From the sequence record PP886230.1: a stretch of 64,000 nucleotides of DNA; one strand, written 5' to 3'. This document shows, piece after piece, positions 62,007-64,000 of the stretch (position 1 is its first letter; every line of letters begins with the position of its first letter). Both the position numbers and the translations under genes were made by a program. The notes under the pieces were generated by a model. It saw only the letters and a list, made by a program, of their open reading frames with translations. It did not search any database and was not told the DNA's origin.

Positions 62007-62071
62007 TATTTATACGTGGGACAAACTGCTTTTTGGTGCTATAATAACATTGATGGTACAAGGATTGTACC
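62007..62071. promoter_or_regulatory. bidirectional element: minus late TATAAATA (62007-62014) and plus GGGACA-N16-TATAAT (62018-62045); leader hairpin 62055-62071
   Basis: TATTTA-N5-GGGACA-N16-TATAAT; ggtacaa-gga-ttgtacc. Confidence 0.75.
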
Positions 62072-62102
62072 TATTGGATTTAAACATGGAGAGTAAAATA
62101 CA

Positions 62103-62942
62103 ATGACAAATAGACCAAAGCGTAAAAAGTATCTCAATAATGCTGATTTACTTCGTGAAATACAAAAAAGTAAAATTTCATATTGCTGGTTATTAGACAA
62201 ATCATATAGTATGTATGATTATATTGTTTTTCATGAGTCAGAAATTACTGCTGAGTTACTAGAAAAAGCTAAGGCAGCCCGAATTAAACGACTGAACAAT
62301 GAAATGCTTGATAGTATTCGTGAAAAGGAAAATATGAGTGCTAAAAAAGCTAAAGAATATGCAGATGAACACAATTTAGTTATCACTGACGTTCCAATTG
62401 ATGAAGTTGTTATTCGTGTTATTACAGATGAACATATTCCACCAGATACTAGAGTTAACTTTGAACCATTCAAGCATTATATTGTAGATAATGAAGGTAT
62501 TCTCTATGAAGTTTGTCGTTCTCACTGGAAAGGCGACCTTGAAACTGGTGAATTCAGTACTGTTCATGGTAAAATTACAAATGAACTTGGGAAGATGTTC
62601 ATTAAACTTGCAGAGGAAATCTCACACAAATCTAATTACAGAAACTATACATACTTAGATGAAATGATGGGTGATGCAAGAATACAATTAGTTAAAAACG
62701 CACTTCTCTTTAAAGAGAGCATTCTTTATAAAAAAGATAAACCAGCAGTTCAGCTAAATCCTTTCTCTTACTATACATCATTCGTAAACAATAGTTTTCG
62801 TTCTATATTGAATAGTGAGAAAAATGTTCGAAATATACGTGATGATTTACTTGAAATGCATGGCTTTACGCCATCACATACACGTCAAATTGAAATTGAA
62901 TTGAACATGATTGAAAGGAAAAATGAAGATGGCTCTGTTTGA
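62103..62942 (+). CDS. gp55: late-transcription sigma factor (T4 gp55-like)
   Basis: YLNNADLLREI, LGKMFIKLAEEISHKSNYRNYTYLDEMMGDA, NPFSYYT....NSF..IL..EK. Confidence 0.85.
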   Translation: MTNRPKRKKYLNNADLLREIQKSKISYCWLLDKSYSMYDYIVFHESEITAELLEKAKAARIKRLNNEMLDSIREKENMSAKKAKEYADEHNLVITDVPIDEVVIRVITDEHIPPDTRVNFEPFKHYIVDNEGILYEVCRSHWKGDLETGEFSTVHGKITNELGKMFIKLAEEISHKSNYRNYTYLDEMMGDARIQLVKNALLFKESILYKKDKPAVQLNPFSYYTSFVNNSFRSILNSEKNVRNIRDDLLEMHGFTPSHTRQIEIELNMIERKNEDGSV

Positions 62943-63960
62943 TAAAGCAATTACATTCACTGATATTCATTTAGGTTTAAAGAATAACAGCAAGCAACAC
63001 AATGAAGATTGTTTAAACTTCATTAAATTCATGATTGAGGTAGCTAAAAAAAATAATATCAAAGTTTGTGTTTTTATGGGAGATTATTTTCATAATAGAA
63101 GTAATATCAATATCCAAACACTAAACTATGGTTTACAAATTCTTCAATTATTAAATGATAATTTTGAAAAAGTATATTTTTTAGTAGGCAACCATGATAT
63201 GTATCATAAAAACAAACGTGATATAACAAGTATCAATATGGCTCAAGTTTATGAAAATATAGAATTCATTAATGAAATTACAACATTTGATGATTGTACT
63301 TTCATTCCATTTATGATTGAAGATGAATATAAGTTGTTACCTCAACTAAAAAGTAAGTATGTTTTTGGTCACTTAGAGTTACCAGGTTACTTGCTTAACA
63401 AGATGGTAGAAATGCCTGATCATGGAAAAGAAACAGAAGGTTCTTTTGGTGGTTGTGAGTATGTTTTTAGTGGGCATTTTCATAAAAGGCAGTCAAAAAC
63501 AACTTCAAAAGGAACTCGTGTAGTTTATACTGGTAATTGTTTTCCACATAATTTTTCCGATACATGGGATGATGCAAGAGGTGTGATGATTCTTGAACAT
63601 GGAAAAGAACCTATTTTCAAGTCATGGGATAATGCACCAAAATATAGAACATTCACACTTTCTGAATTGTTGACTGATCCAAGCTATTATCTACAAGATA
63701 ACACAATATCAAAAGTTCAAGTTGATATATCAATAACAACAGATGAGATTAGTTTTATTCGTGATACATTTACTAAACTTTACAACATTAGAGAGTTTAA
63801 TGTTGTAACGAGCAAGCAAAGTATCGCAGAATTAATTGAAGATGGTGTTAGTTTTGAAAGTACTGAATCAGTTGATGAGATAGTTTTACAGCAAATTATG
63901 GAAATTGATTCACCAATGTTTGATAAAAATCTTCTAATCCAAATTTACAGATCGTTATAA
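62929..63960 (+). CDS. gp47: recombination nuclease subunit (T4 gp47 / SbcD/Mre11-like)
   Basis: TDIHLG, GDYFHNR, VGNHD, GHLEL, FSGHFH metallophosphoesterase motifs. Confidence 0.9.
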   Translation: MALFDKAITFTDIHLGLKNNSKQHNEDCLNFIKFMIEVAKKNNIKVCVFMGDYFHNRSNINIQTLNYGLQILQLLNDNFEKVYFLVGNHDMYHKNKRDITSINMAQVYENIEFINEITTFDDCTFIPFMIEDEYKLLPQLKSKYVFGHLELPGYLLNKMVEMPDHGKETEGSFGGCEYVFSGHFHKRQSKTTSKGTRVVYTGNCFPHNFSDTWDDARGVMILEHGKEPIFKSWDNAPKYRTFTLSELLTDPSYYLQDNTISKVQVDISITTDEISFIRDTFTKLYNIREFNVVTSKQSIAELIEDGVSFESTESVDEIVLQQIMEIDSPMFDKNLLIQIYRSL

Positions 63961-63968
63961 GGGACTAT

Positions 63969-64000
63969 ATGCTAAACATTACACGTATATCTATGAGGAA
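63969..64000 (+). CDS. start of probable gp46 (SbcC/Rad50-like), truncated by window end
   Basis: ATG 63969, MLNITRISMR; gp46 normally follows gp47. Confidence 0.45.
   Translation, partial: MLNITRISMR

Overview
AT-rich (~34% GC by eye), densely coding segment of a T4-related jumbo myovirus (RaK2/GAP32/121Q-like gene content; assignment by inference). It holds the tail, neck and baseplate morphogenesis region: gp13, gp14 and gp15 neck proteins, an 887-aa sheath, two tube paralogs, gp4, gp6, gp25, gp5, gp53, gp48-like, a 3323-aa giant structural protein, fibres and a WcaM-like colanic-acid depolymerase spike. Interleaved are pre-replicative genes: macrodomain, Pth2-like protein, dNMP kinase, MoxR-type AAA plus HEXXH/vWA partner, SLOG protein, thymidylate synthase, Nudix, ClpA, late sigma gp55, gp47 and the start of gp46. 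No tRNA, rRNA, CRISPR array, intron or transposase was seen. The most notable signals are regulatory. (1) A recurring cassette [anti-SD arm]-[TAAATA late promoter]-[SD-ATG] precedes the neck and sheath genes and should silence read-through mRNA. (2) An identical bidirectional element TATTTA-N5-NNGACA-N16-TATAAT sits at both late/pre-replicative divergent junctions, one of which drives the late sigma gene itself. (3) A family of promoters with 16-bp spacers. (4) About 5-fold enrichment of the palindrome AGTACT in the first 15 kb. There is also a single-base frameshift in gp4, a spike protein with enzymatic domains beyond its HxH apex, and a duplicated lysozyme.
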